A stretch of DNA of 64,000 bases from Mobula hypostoma (Eukaryota). Numbering within the stretch: the stretch's first letter is position 1; each line of letters opens with the position of its first letter. A model generated the notes under the pieces. It had not been told where the DNA came from and did no database searches. It worked only from the letters and a program-made list of their open reading frames with translations. The DNA is taken from contig NC_086097.1 in assembly GCF_963921235.1 (NCBI RefSeq), positions 248,126,001-248,190,000 of the forward strand, in the 5' to 3' direction. Positions 1 to 12,524 of the stretch are shown here, in pieces. A program made the translations under genes and the position numbers.

Positions 1-803
1 CCAGATATATAAAGAGTGAAAGAGAGACAAGCGTGCATATTAGACCGCTAGAAAATGTCGCATGAGAGGTAGTAATAGGGGACAAAGAAACGGCAGACGA
101 ACTTAATAGATATTTTGCGTCAGTCTTCACAGTGAAAGACACTAGTAGTGTATCAGAAATATGAGAGTGTCAAGGGACAGAAGTGATTGTTGTTGCTATT
201 ACTAAGAAGAAGGTGCTTGGGAAGCTGAAAGGTCTGAAGGCAAATAAACCACCTGGACTACACCCCAAGGTTCTAAAGTGGTGGCTGAAGATACTGTGGA
301 GGCAGTAGTAATGAGTGTTCAGGAATCACTAGATTCTGGAATGGTTCCTGAGGACAAGAAAATTGCAAATGTTACTCTGCTCTTTAAAAAGGGAGGGAGG
401 CAGAGGAAAAGAAATTATAGGCCAGTTAGCCTGATTTCAGTGGTTGGAAAGATGTTGGAGTCCATTATTAAGGACCAAGTTTTGGGGTACTTGCAGACAC
501 ATGATAAAATAGGCCGTAGTCAGCATGGTTTCCTCAGGAAAATCTCGTCTGACAAATCTGTTGGAATTCTTTGAAGAAATAACAAGCAGGATAGAGAAAG
601 GAGGATTGGTTGATATTGTTCACTTGGATTTTCAGAAGGCATTTGACAAGGTGCCACACGTGAGGCTGCTTAACAAATTAAGAGACCATGGTATTACCCC
701 TAGGCCTGAGTCGACGTAGTAGTATTACAGGAAAGATACTAGCATGATCGAGCATTGGCTGATTAGCAGGAGGCAGAAAGCGGGAATAAAGGGGTCTTTT
801 CCT
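1..803 (+). mobile_element. CR1 LINE ORF2 fragment (linker and RT N-terminus), degenerate
   Basis: NYRPVSLISVVGKMLE, SQHGF and [11 protein letters not shown] motifs in broken frames. Confidence 0.9.
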
Positions 804-1136
804 GTGAGCTGAGATTCTGAATTGGAGAAAGTCCAATTCTGATGGCATCAGAAACGATCTGGAAAGTGACCAAGTTGCTGGATATGTTTAAAGCGGGGGT
901 TTATAGGTTCTTGATTAGTCAGGACATCAAAGGTTACGGGGAGAAGGCAACCGAATGGGGTTGAGAGGAATAATAAATCAGCCATGATGGAATGTCTAAG
1001 TAGACTCAATTGGCTGAATGGCCTGAATTCTGCTCCTGTATCTTGTGGTCTTATTCTTGAATCCCACCACTCTCTGTGTAAAGATCTTACCTCTGACATC
1101 CCCCCTATACTTTTCTCAAATCACAAACTTATGCCC

Positions 1137-1245
1137 GCAACACACATCAAAGTTGCTGGTGAACGCAGCAGGCCAGGCAGCATCTCTAGGAAGAGGTACA
1201 GTTGATGTTTCAGGCCGAGACCCTTCGTCAGGACACCTCTTGTAT
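1137..1245 (-). mobile_element. Penelope-like terminal-repeat fragment inserted in a CR1 3' region
   Basis: Antisense pLTR/hammerhead segment flanked by 12-bp TSD aaacttatgccc (1125-1136, 1246-1257). Confidence 0.75.
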
Positions 1246-1570
1246 AAACTTATGCCCTCTTGTATTAACCATTTCCACCCTGGGAAAAGCCTCTGGCTAA
1301 CCCCTGACCTGTGCCTCTTATCATCTTGTATACCTCAATCAAGTCACCTCTCGTCCTCATTCACTCCAAAGAGAGGAGCCCTAGCATGCTCAACCTATCC
1401 ACATAGTTGTGACCAGCAAGCTTAAAAGATGGGGGAGTTGTTTAGTCATCTCTCCACACCGACAGGCTTCAGTTGTGACTTCATGCATCCGTTGATCTTA
1501 TTGCACGCGGGTCTGGGCTGTTTTCGTGTCGAGAGTGAATAAGTGAGTATTTTGTGCTTCCTCATTACAG

Positions 1571-1650
1571 AAGCTGCAAAACCGTTCAGTGTAGTGGTCT
1601 TCTACTGTCGACACATCTTTCATAAGGATTGCCTTCCTTCCCCAGGCATG
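1571..1650 (+). CDS. vps41: vps41 penultimate coding exon (RING-H2 finger, first part)
   Basis: Acceptor ...ctcattacAG (1569-1570) and donor GTatgt (1651). The 80-nt exon reads (E)AAKPFSVVVFYCRHIFHKDCLPSPGM, matching vertebrate VPS41 as I recall it (DAAKPFSVVVFHCRHMFHKECLPMPSM), with C-x-H-x2-H-x2-C RING-H2 ligands. Confidence 0.93.
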
Positions 1651-1715
1651 GTATGTTCTTGATTTATGTTAACATCTAAAGGCCTAGTCTATTGTCAGAA
1701 TATTACTTTTTATTT

Positions 1716-2300
1716 GGACCATATACGATAAGATATAGGAGCAGAATTAAGCCATTTGGCCCATCGAGTCTGCTCCACCATTCCATCATGATTGATTTAT
1801 TATCCCCCTCAATCCCATTCTTCTGCTCTCCCTCCATAACTTTTGACACCCTGACTAATCAGGAACCTATCAACCTGCACTTTAAATATACGCAACGACC
1901 TGACCTCCACAGCCGTCTGTGGCAATGAATTCCACAGGTACACCACTCTCTGTCCAAAGAAATTCCTCATCTCTGTTCCAAAGGGACACCCATGTACTTC
2001 GAGACTGTGCCCTCTGGTCCTACATATCCCCACAATGGAAAACATCCTCTCCACAGCCATTCTATCTCGGCCTTTCAATATTCAATAGGTTTCAATGAGA
2101 TTCTTCCACCACCAACCCACCCATTCTTCTAAACACCAGCAAGTACAGGGCCAGAGCCATCAAATGCTCCTCCCCCTTCATTCTTGTGAACCTCCTCTGG
2201 ACCCTTGGACCCTCTCCAATGCCAGCACACCCTTTCTTAAATAAGGGGCTCAAAACTGCTCACATTACTCTGTGCGGTCTGCCCATTGCCTTATAAAGCC
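1716..2300 (-). mobile_element. CR1 LINE 3' end
   Basis: TRGHSL...NFFGQRVVYLWNSLP C-terminal motif and a CR1 3' tail. Confidence 0.85.
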
Positions 2301-2924
2301 ACATTATGGGAATGTATGCATTTACATCAGTACGTTCCTATAATAACCTATAGCTGTATGTTGTAAAACAGTGCCGGCTTCCAATTTCTTCCCCTTTTCC
2401 TCATTCATATAAATTATGTTTTATTTTTCTCTCAACAAGGCTAAAATCAAATCAAATCAGGTTTAATTATCATTCAAACCATACATAGATACGGCTGAAT
2501 GAGACAGCATATCTCTGGGGCCAGGTACAAAACATTCAAAATAGTAAGCAAACTTCAAAATAGCAAGTAACATTCAAAATTGTAAGTAACATAATTCAAA
2601 AAGGTGAGAGAAGAAGCTCATTCACTCGAAGAGGAAACATATATATAGTCGTAGACCCTGAGCGACAATGTCCAGCAATCTCCTGGCAGTGTACAAACGC
2701 ACACAATCCAGCCTGTCATTCCACCACTCAAGCACAGGAGGGCAGCACCAACAAGAGAGGCCAGGCTCCAGCCAAGTGGGGACACCACTCTGTAGCGCTT
2801 TGCGAGAGAGAGAGGATCTGTACTAGCATAAATGATTGTCTTTTTTATCCAGGTACCCTGAAGGATCCTCATTTGGGTTTGGTTTAACATGTCTAACATT
2901 TCTTAACATTTTCCTCAATTAAAA

Positions 2925-3560
2925 TACATAAAATCCTGGAGGAACTCAGCCAGTCTAAGCCCTGATGAAGAGTCTTGGCCTGAAACATCGGCTGTTTATT
3001 CCCCTCTTTAGATGCTGCCTGACATGCTGAGTTCCTCAGCATTTTGTATGTGTTTCTCAAGATTTCCAGCATCTGCAGAATCGAAACACAAGAGAATCTG
3101 CAGATGCTGGAAGTCCTGAGCAACACACGCAAAATGCTGGAGGAACTCAGCAGGTCAGGCAGCACCTATGGAAATGAATAAACAGTCAGGGTTTTGGGCT
3201 GAGAAGGAAGGAGGAAGATGCCAGAATAAAAAAGGTGGGGAGAGGGGAAGGAGGATAGATGAGACTGGGTGGGTGGAGGAGTGGGTATGAGGTAAGAAGC
3301 TGGAGGCAATAATTGGAAACGGCAAAGGACTGGAGCAGAAGGAATCTGATAGGAAAGGAGAGTGGACCGTGGAAGAAAGGGAAGGAGGAAGGGCACCAGA
3401 GAAAGGTAATAGTCAGATGAGGAGAAGAGGTAAGAGAGCATAGTGGGGAATAGAAGAGGAGGGAATGGTGAGGAGGGAGACATTTACCAGAAGGAGAAAA
3501 CAATGTTCATGCCATCGGGTTGGAGTCTGCCTAGATTGAATACAAGCTCTTGCTCTTCTC
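2925..3560. mobile_element. Two Penelope-like terminal repeats in tail-to-tail (inverted) orientation
   Basis: Sense pLTR at about 2958-3082 and antisense copy at about 3084-3560 with the purine-rich tract and the end of the GIY-YIG ORF. Confidence 0.75.
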
Positions 3561-3859
3561 ACATTTTGAGCTTTGACTAGCAACCAATCCAGACATCAGA
3601 AGTTTGAGAGGAGGGGATTTCATTCAGGTCCACTGACCAAGTAGAAAAAGGCAGGGTCAGATCATGGCAGCATGACGAGCTCTGACCAGCAACCAATCAG
3701 CATTTGGGATTGATTAGCAGGAGCAAGTGCTGTGGCCATAGTCTGAGTGGAGAGAATGGACATAGTGATCATGAGGTGTAAGTGAAGACAGGCTTCAGTC
3801 AGCCAAAAACTGGAGGTAAAGTTTTTTTCCTTCCCTTCTTTATATCTGCTTGGTTAAGA

Positions 3860-5301
3860 CAGCAGAGGTGCCAGGCAGGATAGCTGAATGCTCTTCTTGG
3901 GAGATGTGAGAAGGCAGGGAGACCTCCAGTGTCCCTGACGACTACTCCTGCGAGAAGTGCATCCGGCTGCAGCTTCTAACGATCTGAGTGGGGCTGGAGC
4001 TGGATGAACTCCAGATCATTCAGGAGGTTGAAGGAGTGATAGGACATATAGAGAGGTAGTTACACCCAAGGTGCAGAACAGTGGAAAATGGGTGCCAGTC
4101 AGGAAGGGGAAAGGAGTTAAGAACCCATTGCAGAGTACCCCTGTGGCCATCCCCCCTGAACAACAGGTTGACCTAACAGAGGAACGCAAGGCAGAGTGGT
4201 TGGGCGTCTGGCTCTGTGACTCAGATGGGAAGGGGGGAGAAGAGGCGCGCTGTGGTGAGAGGTGATTTGTTAGTTAGGAGAACGGACAGGAGGTTCTGTG
4301 GGCAGGAACAAGATTCCTGGATAGTATGTTGCCTCCTGGATGCCAGGATCCAGGATATCTCAGATCCTCAGCATTCTTAAGTCAGAGGGTGAAGAGCCAG
4401 AAGCCGTGGACTATAAAGGTACTATAAAGGCATGGGTAGTATAAGTGACGAGGTTCTGCAGAGGGAGTTCAGGGAGTTAAGTGCTAAGTTAAAGGTCAGG
4501 ACCTCCAGGGTTGTGATTTCAAGATTACCACCCATACCACATGCTAGAGAGACTAGAACAAGGAAAATTATACAGTTTAATACGTGGTTAAGGAGTTGGT
4601 GTAGGAGGGAGGGCATAAGCTTTTTGGATCATTGGGCTCTCTTCCAGTGAAGGTGGGACCTGTACAGAAGGGATGATTTGCACCTGAACTGGAGGGGGAC
4701 AGATATCCTAGTGGGAAGGTTTGTTTACCTGCACAGTGGGGTTTATACTAGAGTGGTGGGGGATGGGCTCCAGAGTGTCAGAACAGTTGGTGAGAGGTTG
4801 TGGAGGCAGATGTTGTTAAGACCTCCGACAAAGTTAGGAATCAAAGGGTTGAGCATGGTGCAACTAGTGTCCTTGAGTATCGTAGGAAAAGCAGATGATA
4901 GTGCTGAAGATGAGATAGGGGGGATCTCATTGAAACCTACCAAATGTTGAAAGGACTAGACAAGATGGATGTGGAGAGGATGTTCCCTTTGGTTGGGGTA
5001 TCCAGAACTAGAGGGCACAGCCTCAAAATTGAGGGGTGACCTTTTAGATCAGAAGTAAGGAGGAATTTTCTTTAGCCAAAGTGAGGTGAATCTGTGGAAT
5101 GCTCTGCCACAGACTGCAGTGAAGCACAAGTCCGTGGGTATATTTAAAGCGGAAGTTGATAGATTCCTGATTGGTTGGGCATCAGGATATGGTGAGAAGG
5201 CAGGTTTTATGGGGTTGAATGGGATCTGGCAACAGCCATGATGAAATGGCAGAGTGGACTCGATGGGCTGAATAGCCTAATTCTGCTCCTATGTCTTATG
5301 G
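3860..5301 (+). mobile_element. CR1 ORF1 (zinc finger plus SGNH esterase-like) remnant joined to a CR1 3' end
   Basis: ORF1-like peptides (EVLQREFRELSAKLKVRTSRVVISRLPP, WLRSWCRREG, LHLNWRG) similar to 60157-61097; abrupt switch to a 3' end near 4916. Confidence 0.8.
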
Positions 5302-5316
5302 AACTCATTAGGCGAT

Positions 5317-7568
5317 CACCAATTCTGGATTGGGTGTTATGCAATGAACCAGAATTGATTTGAGAGCTTTAGGTAAAAGAACCCCCAGGTGAAAGTGATC
5401 TTAATATGGTCGAATTCACCCTGAAATTGAGAAGGAGAAGCTAAAGTCAGATGTATTAGTATTACAGTGGAGTAAAGGGAATTACAGTGACATGAGAAAA
5501 TATATGGCCGGAGTTGACTGGAAAAGAGCAGGAGCAGGGATGATGGCAGGGCAGCAATGGCTGGAACTACTGGAAGCAATTCGGAAGGCATAGGATATAC
5601 ATCCCAAAGAGGAAGACGTACTCTAAAAGGAAGATGACACAACCGTGGCTAACAAAAGAAATCAAAACCAAAGAGAGAGCATATAACAGAGCAAAAATTA
5701 GTGGGCAGTTAGAGGATTGAGAAGCTTTTATAACCAATGGAAAGAAACTAAAAAAGTCACCAAGACGTTAAAGGAGGATACAAAAGTAAGCTAGCCAGTA
5801 ATATTAAAAGGATACCAAAAGTTTCTTCAGATACATAAAGTGCAAAAGAGAGGTGAGAGTGGATATTGGACTACTGAAAAGATAGTAATGGGGGACAAGA
5901 AAATGGTGGACGAACTGAATAAGTATTTTGCATCAGCCTTCACTGTGGAGGACATTGGCAGTATGGTGGAAGTTACAGGTGTCAGGGGTCATGCAGTGTG
6001 TGAAGTTGCCATTACTAGAGAGAAGGGTCTTGGGAAACTGAAAGGTCTGAAGGTAGATAAGTCATCTGGGCCAGATGGTGTACACCCCAGGGTTCTGAAA
6101 GAGGTGGCTGAAGAGATTATGAAAACATTAGCAATGATCTTTCAAGAATCGCTAGATTCTAGAATGGTTCCAGAAGACTGGAAAAATCTAAATGTCACTC
6201 CACAGTTCAAGAAGGGAGAGAGGCAGAAGAAAGGAAGCTATAGGCCAGTTAGTGGTTGGGAAGATGTTGGAGTTGATTATTAAGGATGTCGTTTCAGAGT
6301 ATTTGGAGGCTCATGATAAAATAGGCCGTAGTCAGCATGGTTTCCTCAAAGAAAAACCTTGCCTGATAAATCTGTTGGAATTCTTTGAAGAAATAACAAG
6401 CAGGATAGACAAAAGAGAATTGGTTGATGTTATGTACTCGGATTTTCAGAAAACCTTTGATAAGATGCCATAAATGAGGCTGCTTAACAAGCTACAGGTC
6501 CGTGGTATTACAGGAAAGATTCTAGCGTGGATAAAGCAGAGGCTGATTGGCAGGAGGCAAAGAGTGGGAATAAGGAAGCCTTTTCTGGCTGGCTGGCTGC
6601 CTGTGACTAGTGGTATTGGCACTGATTCTTTTTATGTTGTATGTCAATTAATTGGATGGTGGAATTGATGCCTTTGTTGCAAGGTGGAGAGGCGGGTAGT
6701 TTTGAGGAAATAGAGAGGCTACAGAAGGACTTAGGCCAATAAGAAGAATGGACAAAGAAATGGCAGATGGAATACAGTGTCAGGAAGTATATGGTCATGA
6801 ACTTTGTTAGAAGAAATAAAAGGGTTTATGTTTTTCTAAGTGGAGAGGAAGTACAAAAAAAAACTGAAGTTCATAGGGACTTGGGAGTCCTTGTGCAGGA
6901 TTCCCTGAAAGTTAACTTGCAGGTTGAGTCTGTGGTGAGGAAGGCAAATGCAATGTTAACATTCATTTCAAGAGGACTAGAACATAAAAGCAAGGATGTA
7001 ATGCTGAGACCTTAGAAAGCACTGGTGAGGTCTCACTTGAGTATTTTGAGCAGTTTTGGGCCCCTTAGAAGAGATATGCTGAAACTGGAGAGGGTTCTAA
7101 GGAGGTTCATGAAAATGATTCCAGGATTAAATGACTTGACATATGAAGAGTGTTTGATGGCTCTGGGCCTGTATTCACCAGAATTCAGAGGAATAAGGGG
7201 TGACCTCATTGAAACCCAATGAATGGTGAAAGACCCTGATAGAGTTGATGTGGAGAGAATATTTCCTATGGTGGGAGTGTCTAAGACCAGAGGACACAGC
7301 CTCAGAATAGAGAAGTGTCCTTTTAGAACGGAGATGAAGGGAAATTTCTTCAGCCAGAGAGTGGTGAATCATTCTTTGCCACAGGCAGCTGTGGAGACCA
7401 AGTCTTTATGTATATTTAAGGCAGTGGTTGATAGATTCTTGATTGGTTGGGGCATGAAGGGAGAAGGCAGGAGATTGGAGTTGAGAGGAAAATTGGATCC
7501 GCCATGATGAAATGGCGGAGCAGACTAGATGGGCCAAATGGCCTAATTCTGCTCCTTTATCTCATGTT
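5317..7568 (+). mobile_element. CR1 LINE ORF2 (endonuclease end, RT, 3' tail), degenerate
   Basis: SDL/ELNKYFASAFT/GPDGVHPRVLKE/SQHGF/TRGHSL/NFFSQRVV motifs with many frameshifts. Confidence 0.92.
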
Positions 7569-7569
7569 C

Positions 7570-8530
7570 TAACAGTTAGTGGAGAGCTTGTGGAGGCAGA
7601 TATTGGTAAGACCTCAGACAAAGTTAGAAATCAAAAGTTTGAGCATGGTGTGACTAGTGTCCTGAGCTGTGTATATTTCAGTGCAAGAAGTATCGTAGGA
7701 AAGACGGATGAGGTCAGGGCATGAATCAACACTTGGAAGTATAATGCTGTAGCCATTAGTGAGACTCGGTTGCAGGAGGGGCAGGACTGGCAGCTCAGTA
7801 TTCTGGGGTTCCGTTGTTTCAGATGTGATGGAGCAGGAAGGATTAAAGGAGGAGAGTTGGTGTTACTAATCAGGGAAAATTCATGGCAGTGCTCCGTCAA
7901 GACTGTCTGGAGAACTTGACTAGTGAAGTATTGTAGGTGTAACTGAGAAATAAGAAAGGTATGACCATGTTAATGGGGTTATATTACAGACCATCCAACA
8001 GTCCGAGTGATTTAGAGGAACAAATTTGTAGAGAGATCATAAACTGTTGCATGAAACATAAGGTTGTTATAGTAGGTGATTGTAACTGTCCACGTATTGA
8101 TTGGGACTCCCAAACTGTAAACAGACTTGATGGGATAGGGTTTGTCAAGTGTGTTCAGGAAAGTCTCCATCAGTACCTAGAAGTCCCAACGAGAGAGTGT
8201 GTGGTATTGGATCTGCTACTAGGGAATGAGATGGGTCATGTGTGTAGGGGAACATTTTGCATCCAGTGTCCACAATACCATTAGTTTCAAAGTAAATATG
8301 CAAAAAAGATAGTCCATGCGTTGAGATTCTAAATTGGAGTAAGGCCAATTTTGATGGTGTCAGAAATGATCTGGCAGGTGTGTTTTCTGGCAAAGGTGTA
8401 CCTGGGAAGTGGGAGGCCTTCAAAAATAAAATTTTGATAGTACATAGCTTCTGTGTGCCTTTCAGAATAAAAGGTAAAGATAATAAAAGTAGGGAACCTT
8501 GGGTTCAAGCGATAGCGAGGCCCTGGTCTT
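7570..8530 (+). mobile_element. CR1 AP-endonuclease fragment of a second subfamily
   Basis: YFSARSIVGK, YYRPSN, VVIVGDCNCP and LDLLLGNE motifs. Confidence 0.85.
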
Positions 8531-9169
8531 AAATATACCTTAACGATTTAGCCTCTGTGGCCGCCTATGGCAATGAATCCCACAGATCTGCCACCACCCT
8601 CCGGCTAAAGAAATTCCTCCTCATCTCCGTTCTAAGTGGATTCTATGGAATACAACCATAACAGAATCAACAACACTTGGGCTTTGAACCAGTGTACAAA
8701 AGGCAGCAAACTGTGCAAATATAAAAAGAAAGATATAATAATAATAATAATAAATAAATAATATGAGGTGAAGAGTCCTTGAAGGTGAGTCCATAGGTTG
8801 TGGGAACATTTCAGTGATGGGGCAAATGAAGTTGAATGGTTATCCCCTTTGGTTCAAGGGCCTGATAGTTGTTCCTGAACCTGGTGGTGTGGGTCCTGAG
8901 GCTCCTTTACCTTCTTCCTGATGGTATCAGTGAGAAGAGAGCATGGGCTGGATGGTCGAGGTCCCTGATGATGAATACGTTGGAGTAAAGGTCTTATTCT
9001 ACTCAGAATATGATTTACTTAAGAAAAATAAAAGTAACTCAAAAGTCCCATGAATAATGATATTAGTAAAATCATCTTAGCAAACATTTGTTTGTGTCTA
9101 TTTTTTGCATTAGTGGAAAGGATATTGGTTTGTAGTGTGAGAGTTCCAAAGGAATCAGCTTCCACAGAG

Positions 9170-10225
9170 TTTCTTCTCTAAGTAACCCCCTCGTGCACTG
9201 ATCTCCCTCCTGGCATTCATCTCTGCAAATGGGACAGTGCTACATCTGCCCCTTCACCTCCACCCTTCCCTCACCACTATTTAGGACCCCGAACAGCCCT
9301 TCCAGGTTCAAAGTAAATTTATTATCAAACTACATATATATTTCCATATACAACCCAAGATTCATTTTCTTGCACACATACTCAATAAATCCATTATAGA
9401 ATAATAACCATAATAGAATCAATGAGAGATCACACCAGCTTGGGCATTCAGCCGGTGTGCAAAAGACAACAAACTGTGCAAATACAAAAAGAAAGAAATA
9501 ATAATAACGACAATAAATAATAAATATCAAGAACAGGAGAATATCAACACTTCACTTGAGAGTCTGTGTGGGCACCTGGCCAAGTGGTTAAGGCATTGGA
9601 CTAGTGACCTGAAGGTTGTGAGTTCGAGCCCCAGCCGAGGCAACGTGTTATGTCCTTAAGCAAGGCACTTAATCACACATTGCTCTGCGACGACACTGGT
9701 GCCAAGCTGTATGGGTCCTAATACCCTTCCCTTGGACAACATTTGTGTCGTGGAGAGGGGAGACTTGCAGCATGGGCAACTGCTGGTCTTCCATACAACC
9801 TTGCCCAGGCCTGCGCCCTGGAGAGTGAAGACTTTCCAGGCGCAGACCCATGGTCTCACGAGACTAACGAATGCCTTTACTTTACTTACTTGAGAGTCTG
9901 TCAGGGTAATTTATTGTAGCCTCCTATACATCGGTGAAACCCTTCACAGGTTGGGGACTGTTATCCAGCACTTTCGATCTGTCCGCCACAAAAGTCAGGA
10001 TCTCTTGGTGGCTTCCCAATTCAATTCCACTTCCCATTCCCATTCTGATATGTCAGTGCATAGCCTCCTCCACTGCCAGGATGAGGCCACACTCAGGTTG
10101 GAGCAACAACATCTCATATTCCATCTGGTTAGCCTCCAAACTGATTGCATGACTATCGATTTCTCCAAATTCTGGTCATTTCTCCCCTCCTTTCTTCTGT
10201 CTTTTTCCATTTCCCGTTCTGGTTA
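9170..10225 (+). mobile_element. Penelope-like element GIY-YIG endonuclease region, interrupted by other repeats
   Basis: 9901-9960 reads VIYCS-LLYIGET (GIY...YIG motif), followed by HFRSVR...FNSTSHSHSDMSVHSLL...RLEQQHLIFHLVSLQTDCMTIDFS. Confidence 0.8.
9568..9887 (+). mobile_element. tRNA-derived SINE with CORE-like centre and RTE-like tail, full length
   Basis: Pol III A box TGGCCAAGTGG and B box GTTCGAGCC, central tgtccttaagcaaggcacttaa, (TTAC)n-like tail, 14-bp TSD acttgagagtctgt (9554-9567, 9888-9901). Confidence 0.85.
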
Positions 10226-10355
10226 CTGGAGAATATTAAAGGTTACAAATTTCATTATTATTTTTAGTCCTAGCACCTAAGGTTTAAAACAAATGTAATT
10301 TCTTGTTTATGGGTGCACCACTGATTAATGTGAGTTTTTTTTTTCTTTTTATAAG

Positions 10356-10418
10356 CAGTTCTGTAACATCTGCAGTGCAAAAAATCGAGGACCCGGCAGT
10401 GGAATGAGTGAAGTTTAA
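10356..10418 (+). CDS. vps41: vps41 last coding exon (end of RING-H2 finger and stop)
   Basis: Polypyrimidine tract 10335-10350, then AAG|CAG acceptor. Reads QFCNICSAKNRGPGSGMSEV-TAA, matching the VPS41 C-terminus (QFCNICSAKNRGPGS...). Phase 0 fits the donor at 1650. Confidence 0.92.
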   Translation, partial: QFCNICSAKNRGPGSGMSEV

Positions 10419-10900
10419 ACCCTGAGATGAATTTGCCGAACAACCGTTAATTTAAAACCTTGGCTGCATTGTTGCGATACAGGTCATTTTCAGTCAACTG
10501 TACTTTGACAACTGTCAAATCTAGTGTGGGTTATGAAGTATTAACTCCTGATTAACATCACTTTAAAGTCATCCACCTTGTACATAATCCGCTTGCAGAA
10601 ACCACGTGATCATATACAAACTTGAAGAACAAATGTTTTCCCCAACATTTGTCTCTCCTGCAACAGCTTTGACCTTTTCACTAAGAAAGTTGAGACATGT
10701 TAAAGATACAACTGTGTTTGCATTTGTAATTATAGTTCTGTTCTATATAAATACGTATGTATACGTTTGTAGCAATAGTTGTGTTCTATATAACTATTTG
10801 TATGTAGAGTTGAGTTCTTCTGAAGTGCGCTTGATAACTTACAAATATTGTAAACTTGTATGAAAAATCTAATAATTAAATAGCTGTTCTTTACGTTCTC
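10419..10900 (+). promoter_or_regulatory. vps41: vps41 3'UTR with candidate poly(A) signal
   Basis: Non-repetitive AT-rich sequence after the stop. ATTAAA at 10875-10880 is followed by a GT/T-rich tract; several TGTA motifs, including TGTACATA at 10579-10586. The cleavage site is inferred. Confidence 0.6.
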
Positions 10901-11094
10901 AAGTCAGAGTAGTTTTTTATGAGATTCTGTAGATGCTGGAAATCCAAAGCAACACAGTCACAGAATGCTGGAAGGATTCAACTGGTCAGGCAAAGTTCAA
11001 ATAAATTCTATTATCTAGGTACATTTATGCTGAGATTCATTTTCCTGTGGGCATACTCAGCAAACCTATAGAACGGTAACTATACTGTGAGAGT

Positions 11095-12235
11095 ATAATG
11101 GAGATCATGGTGACAGGCTGAATCACTGTCTGGTATGGTGGTTGGGGGGCAGGGTGATACTGCTGCACAGGACTGAAAGAAGCTACAGAAAATTGTAAAA
11201 TTAGTCAGCTCCATCTTGGGTACCAGCTTCCGTAGTATCCAAGACATCTTCAAGGAGCGGTGGCTCAGAAAGGTGACATCCATTATCAAGGACCCCCATC
11301 ACACAGGACATGCCCTTTTCTCATTGTTACCATCAGAAAGGAGGGACAGAAGCCTGAAGGCACACACTCGGCAATTCAAGAACAGCTTCTTCCCCTCTGC
11401 CATATGATTCCTAAATTCACACTGAACCCACGAACCCAGTCCTGCTGAAGAGTCTTGGCCCGAATTCATAGACTGTTTTCTTTTCCCAGATGCTGCCTGG
11501 CCTGCTGAGGTCTTCCAGCATTGTGTGTGTGTTGCTTGAACCCATCTTTTTTTAATATATATTCCTGTTTTTCCACTATTTTTAATCTATTCTATCTATA
11601 CACATATATATATATATACTTTCTGTAATTGATTTTTTTCTTTGAATATTTATCAGGTATTGAATTGTACTGCTGCTAAGTTAACAAACTTCACGTCGCA
11701 TGCCAGTGATAATAAACCTGATTCTGATTCTCTAATGTGACCAATGGAAGATCAACCAGAGTGCAGAAAACAACAAACTGTGCAAATGCAAATATAAATA
11801 AAATAGCAATAAATAATGAGAACGTGAGGTAATGAGATAAAGAGTCCTTAAAGTGGGACCATTGATTGTGGGAAGCATCTTAATGATTGGGCAAGTCAGT
11901 ATAGTTATCCCCTTTTATTCAAGAGCCTGATGGTTGAGTGGTAGTAACTGTTCTTGAACCTGGTGGTGAAAGCCCAGAGGCTCCTGTACCTTCTACCTGA
12001 TGGCAGCAGCGAGAATTGAGCATTGCCCGGATGGTGGGGATCCCTGATGATGGATGCTGCTTTCCTACGACACTGTTTCATGTAGATGTGCTCAATGGAT
12101 GGGAGGGCTTTACCCATGATGGTCTGGCCCATATCCACTACTTTTGTAGGATTTTCCATTCAAGGACTTTGGTGTTTCCATACCAGGTCATGATGCAGCC
12201 AGTCAATACACTGTCCACCACACACCTGTAGAAGT
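11095..12235. mobile_element. Two Rex1/Babar-type LINE 3' ends in opposite orientation; a pLTR fragment at about 11437-11538 lies inside the first
   Basis: SIIKDPHHTGHALFSLLPSERRDRSLKAHT...FFPSAI on +; equivalent motif on - (11905-12159); (CTGATT)n tail at about 11718-11730. Confidence 0.8.
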
Positions 12236-12524
12236 GTAGATCTATGGAAATGAATAAACAGTCGACATTTCAGGCCAAGACCCTTCTTCAGGATTCTACA
12301 GTTATTTATTTATTTGGTTGAATCTAAGTACAGAAGTACAAGGTGCATTTGTTATTTCAAAGTATGTATAGTATACTGTATACAACTCTGAGATTCGTCT
12401 CCTTACAGGCAGCCACACAGCAAAAAACAATAAAATTCAGCAAATAACATTCAGAACTGAAGCTCGCAGCCACGAAACCAGTCACAGCCGATTCAGGAGT
12501 CCATTAGTTGCAGGTCGCAGTACA

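Noticed and set aside
9568..9650. tRNA gene
   Set aside because: It is a SINE head: it continues into the SINE body, has a TSD, and a second copy is at 34511-34825.
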